From: Squalus acanthias
Taxonomy: Eukaryota
DNA length: 64,000 nucleotides
Reading direction: 5' to 3'
Assembly: GCA_030390025.1 (NCBI GenBank)
Contig: CM059431.1
Span: 120,964,001 to 121,028,000, forward strand
The position numbers and the translations under genes were made by a program. Below are positions 59,415-64,000 of the stretch, in pieces (the stretch's first letter is position 1; every line of letters begins with the position of its first letter). The notes below the pieces were generated by a model, which was not told the origin of the DNA, searched no databases, and worked only from the letters and a program-made list of their open reading frames with translations.

Positions 59415-61560
59415 AGGACCTTCTCCTCCTTTGAGCATCTCACCTTGTTCCACTCCTCTCGACTCTCTTTTAAAATCCTTGTTCTCTATCGCCCACCCAA
59501 GTCCCATGCCTCTTTCTCCACCCACATCACCCTTCTCCCTCCCAACCCTACTTCCTCTTTTGTCTGCCCCATGGAAAAAAACACCCTCAATTCACTTACA
59601 GTGGCGCTTTCAATTGCCCAACTGTCTAGCTTTTGGCCCTCCATTCATCATAACATTTCTGCAGCTCAATCTGCTCAATCACAACCTCGCCTCCACCTTT
59701 GAAGCCCTTGTCCCGAGTAAAACCATGACTCTCTCTCTCACCCTGGTCGACCCCCCTGGTACAGCCCTCATCTCCTCTCCTTTATTTCCAAGAGACGCAG
59801 ACTTCAATGTTGATGATGGACAACTGGTTTAGTCATTCATCGCCAGATCTGGCTCGACCACATAAAGCACTATCGGGTCCTGCTCTCCTATGCCAAAAAC
59901 TGCTCACTATTTCAGGATCATTCTGGAATGCAGAGATAAACCTCCTCTTCTCCACTACAAATCATCTTCTTAAACCCCTCTCTCTTGCCCCATCCACCCA
60001 AACCTCCAACAACAAGTTTGAGGAGCTTGTGGATTTCTTTGTCACTAAGACTGAGACCATCAATTCAGCTGCCTCTGCCACTTCCCCGAGCCCACAATGC
60101 CAAGGATCCCCCCTGCCCTAGTCCTGAACTCGCATCTTTCTCTAGTTTCTCTCCTATCTCCCCTCATGCCCTCCCCAAGCTCTTCTTGTCCCTGAGACAC
60201 ACCTCCTGCTCCCTCAGCCCTATTCCCACCAAACTGCTGATCACCCAACTTCTCTTCCTGGTCCCCAAGTTAGCTGATATTATTAACGGTTCCCTCTCCT
60301 CAGATACACTCCCCCTCTCCTTCAGATCTACCGTCATCACCCCACTCTTTGAAAAACCCACCCTTGACTCCTCTGTCCTTGCAAATACCATCCCATCTCC
60401 AACCTGCCTTTCCTCGCCAAATTCCATGAATGTGTTGTCGCCTCCCAAATATGTGCCCATCTTTCTCGCAACTCCATGTTTGAACCTCACCAATCAGGTT
60501 TCTGCCCCTGCCACAGCACTGAAACTGCCCTTACCATAGTCACGAATTACATCCTTTGTGACTTTGACCGTGATAAACTATCCGTCCTCATCCTTCTCAA
60601 CCTGTCTGCAGCTTTTTAGATGGTTGACCAGACCATCCTCCTCCAACATCTCTCCTCCGTTTTCCAGCTGGGTGGGACTGCCCTCACCTGGTTCCATTCC
60701 TATCTATCCAGTGATAGCCGAAGAATCACCTGCAATGGCTTCTCTTCCCATTCCTGCACCGTTACCTGTGGAACAATGTTCCCTGTAATTTTTTTGGCAC
60801 CGCGCAACCCTTAAAGGGGCTGCAAGGGCCATTCAAAATACCACACATGCGCAGGTTTTTCTCATTGGAAAGCCGGCTGCGCAGGGTCACTGGAGCTTAC
60901 AGGGAACATTGCTCTGGCGTCCCCCAAGGACCTGCACTTGGCCCCCTCCTATTTCTCATCTACATGCTGCAACTCAACGACAGCATCCGAAAACACAATG
61001 ACAGGTTCCACATGTATGCTGATTACACCATCACTACCTCACCATCCCTCTCTCAAGCCCTCCACTTCCTCTGATTTATCACACTGCTTGTGCAACATCC
61101 AGTATTGGATGAGCAGAAATTTCCTCCAATTAAATATTGGGAAGACCAAAGCCATTGACTTCCGTCCCCGCCACAAACTCTATTCCCTAGCCACTGACTC
61201 CATCCCTCTCCATGGCAACCTTCTGAGGCTGAAGCACACTGTTTGAAACCTTTGCATCCTACTTGACCCTGAGTTGAGCTTCCTACCCCACAGTCTCTCC
61301 AGCACCAAGACTCCCTAATTCCACCTCAGTAACATCGCCCGTCTCTGCCCTGCCTCAGCTCATCTGCTGCTGAACCCCTTATCCAAGCCTTTGTTACCTC
61401 TAGACTCGACTATTCCAATGCTGTCCTGGCTGGCCATCCATCTTTCACCCTTCGTAAACTTGAGCTCATCAAAAACTCTGCTTCCTGTATCCTAGCTCAC
61501 CAAGTCCCGTTCACCATCACCCCTGTGCTCGCTGGCTTACATTGGCTCCCGGTCCAGAAA
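59415..61560 (+). mobile_element. Decayed L2 LINE, same family as 1993-3260
   Basis: [22 protein letters not shown] and [14 protein letters not shown]; many frameshifts. Confidence 0.8.
60774..60911. mobile_element. Small hAT-type MITE inside the L2
   Basis: Perfect 15-bp TIR CAATGTTCCCTGTAA / TTACAGGGAACATTG; degenerate 8-bp flanks CTGTGGAA / CTCTGGCG. Confidence 0.7.
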
Positions 61561-62426
61561 CGAGTAATCAAAGTCACTGATTTACAGTTTCCATGCTTAT
61601 GTGTACATAAAGCATGAAATTTAAGCCCGAAAATGTCACTACTAATCCTAAAATACTCTGAAATAAACTGGAATTTTACGTATTCAATCATCACACATCA
61701 GTGACCCTGACAATGTAAGTAAGGACTTAGGAAAACAATCCTAAATGACTAGTCAGAAGAACGTAAGCTTTTCCGCCCCAGAATATGAGTTTCCCCAGGT
61801 TGTACTTGATTCTCTTCTTGAGAACTTGACTTTGTAATTAATGATCATTCCTCTGAAAATCTGTGAGGATAGCTGTAATATGCTCTCCCCACTCCACTAA
61901 CCATCTGAGGATAGAAGCATTAGGTAACTTGGGCAGAATGAGGGAATAAAACAGAATGAGTGTTTTCACCAAGTTGTTCTGCTGCTTGAGGCGTGCTGGG
62001 GTGGAACTCACACCCATTGTCCCACCCTCGGCGTGAACCTGACCCATATTCCTAGCTTCGCGATCATTTGACTTGCGGGACGGTCTCCAAGTGGGGACTC
62101 CACCACACAGAGGAATCCTATCACTGCTAAGCAGGAAACTCAGCAGTCCTGCAGCTGGAAGTAGTCGACTTTAAAAGGAGCAGTAGTGTCGCAGAGATTT
62201 TGCTTGTCAGCAGTGGCGCTAAAGGCTCTCCATGAGCCTTCGGACAATTCCACATCGGTATGGAGGCAGATGAGAGGGAGAAGTGGGTGCGACAGGCTCT
62301 CTCCCTCCAGCACGGCCAACAATGGGATTCACGCTGCTACCCTGACAAACACCACCATGCCTTCTCTGCTGGTTCCCCGCCTCCACCCAATCCGTAGCCA
62401 TATACATCTGGTGGGCTGTCCAATTG

Positions 62427-63771
62427 TTTTTTTTTTATTCGTTTATGGGATCTGGGCGTCGCTGGCAAGGCCAGCAGTTATTGCCCATCCCTAGTTGCCC
62501 TTGAGAAGGTGGTGGTGAGTAGCCTACTTGAACCGCTGCAGTCCGTGTGGTGATGGTACTCCCACAGTGCTGTTAGGGAGGGAGTTCCAGGATTCTGACC
62601 CAGCGACGATGAAGGATTGACGATATACTTCTAAGTCAGGATGGTATGTGACTTGGAGGGGAACTTGGAGGTGGTGGTGATCCCATGCGCCTGCTGTCCT
62701 TGTCCTTCTGGGTGGAAGAGGGCGCGGGTTTGGGAGGTGCTGCCGAAGAAGCCTTGGCGAGTTGCCGCAGTGCTTCTTGTCGATGGTACACACTGCAGCC
62801 ACGGTACGCCGGTGGTGGAGGGAGTGAATGTTTAAGGTGGTGGATGGGGTGCCAATCAAGCGGGCTGCTTTGTCCTGGATGGTGTTGAGCTTCTTGAGTG
62901 TTGTTGGAGCTGCACTCAACCAGGCAAGTGGAGAGTATTCCATCACACTCCTTACTTGTGCCTTGTAGATGGTGGAAAGGCTTTGGGGAGTCAGGAAGTG
63001 AGACACTCGCCGCAGAATACCTAGCCTCTGACCTGCTCTTGTTGCCACAGTATTGATGTGGCTGGTCCAGTTAAGTTTCTGGTCAATGGTGACCCCCAGG
63101 ATGTTGATAGTGGGGGATTCGGCGATGGTAATGCCATTGAATATCAAGGGGAGGTGGTTAGACTCTCGCTTGTTGGAGATAGTCATTGCCTGGCACTTCT
63201 GTGGCGTGAATGTTACCTGCCACTTATCAGCCCAAGCCTAAACGTCGTCCAGGTCTTGTTGCATGCGGGCATGGACTGCTTCATTATCTGTGGAGTTGTG
63301 AATGGCGCTGAATACTGTGCAGTCATCAGCGAACATCCCCATTTCTGACGTTATGTTGGAGGGAATGTCATTGATGAAGCAGCTGAAGATGGTTGGGCCT
63401 AGGACAGTGCCCTGAGGAACTCCTGCAGCGATGTCCTGGGGCTGTGATGATTGACCTTCAACCATCTTCCTTTGTGCTAGGTATGACTCGAGCCAGTGGA
63501 GCGTTTTCCCCCTGATTCCCATGGACTTCAGTTTTACTCGGACTCCTTGATACCAGACTCGGTTAAATGCTGCCTTGATGTCAAGGGTAGTCACTCTCAC
63601 CTCACCTCTGGAATTCAGCTCCTTTGTCCATGTTTGGACCTAGGCTGTAATGAGGTCGGGAGCCAAGTGGTCTTGGCGGAACCCAAACTGGGCATCAGTG
63701 AGCAGGTTATTGGTGAGTAAGTGCCGCTTGATAGCACTGTCGATGACACCTTCCATCACTTTGCAGATGAT
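62427..63771 (-). mobile_element. CR1-clade LINE, 5'-truncated
   Basis: Motifs LDIKAAFNRV, GVPQGTVLGP, MFADDC and YKAQVRSVMEY; A-rich tail. Confidence 0.85.
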
Positions 63772-63890
63772 TTTCCTGCTAGGGGATCAAGCAGTAGGTC
63801 CTGCCCTCTATTTCCCTTCATTTCCTGCTGCTACACTGCTCATTTTTGTCATCCACTTGTGTTTTTTTAATCTTGCTTGCTTATCACCAA

Positions 63891-64000
63891 ACATAGAAAC
63901 ATAGAAACATAGAAAACTTGGAGCAGGAGTAGGCCATTCGGCTCTTCGAGCCTGCTCCGCCATTCAATATGATCATGGCTGATCCTCTATCTCAATACCA
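63891..64000 (-). mobile_element. CR1 3' end, runs off the window
   Basis: (ACATAGAA)3 tail on the plus strand and a GATCAGCCATGATC motif on the minus strand. Confidence 0.75.

Overview
Eukaryotic, repeat-dominated DNA. The repeat families (DeuSINE/SacSINE1-like SINEs, CR1 and L2 LINEs, Penelope, PIF/Harbinger) point to a cartilaginous fish; this is inference. I could not support any host protein-coding exon. The window holds two full-length two-gene Harbinger transposons (4684-8980, 16978-21184), many Harbinger-type MITEs, CR1/L2 fragments, and a Penelope remnant carrying a minimal hammerhead motif. The standout is a young 9.25-kb LTR element on the minus strand (39271-48519). It has apparently identical 1595-bp LTRs, a 4-bp TSD, an 18-nt tRNA-Arg(TCG)-type PBS, and an intact gag with an overlapping PSAP/PPxY late domain and a CCHC knuckle. 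The gag stop is in a UGA-CUAG readthrough context, but it leads into a coiled-coil ORF rather than pol. An acidic/proline-rich third ORF follows. The intact 783-aa env looks like an F-type (paramyxo/pneumo/baculovirus-F-like, lokiretrovirus-like) fusion protein with an N-terminal immunoglobulin-like domain. No protease, RT or integrase core is recognisable. A solo LTR of a related family lies about 7 kb away (55271-56964). All family assignments come from motif recognition only; no searches were run.
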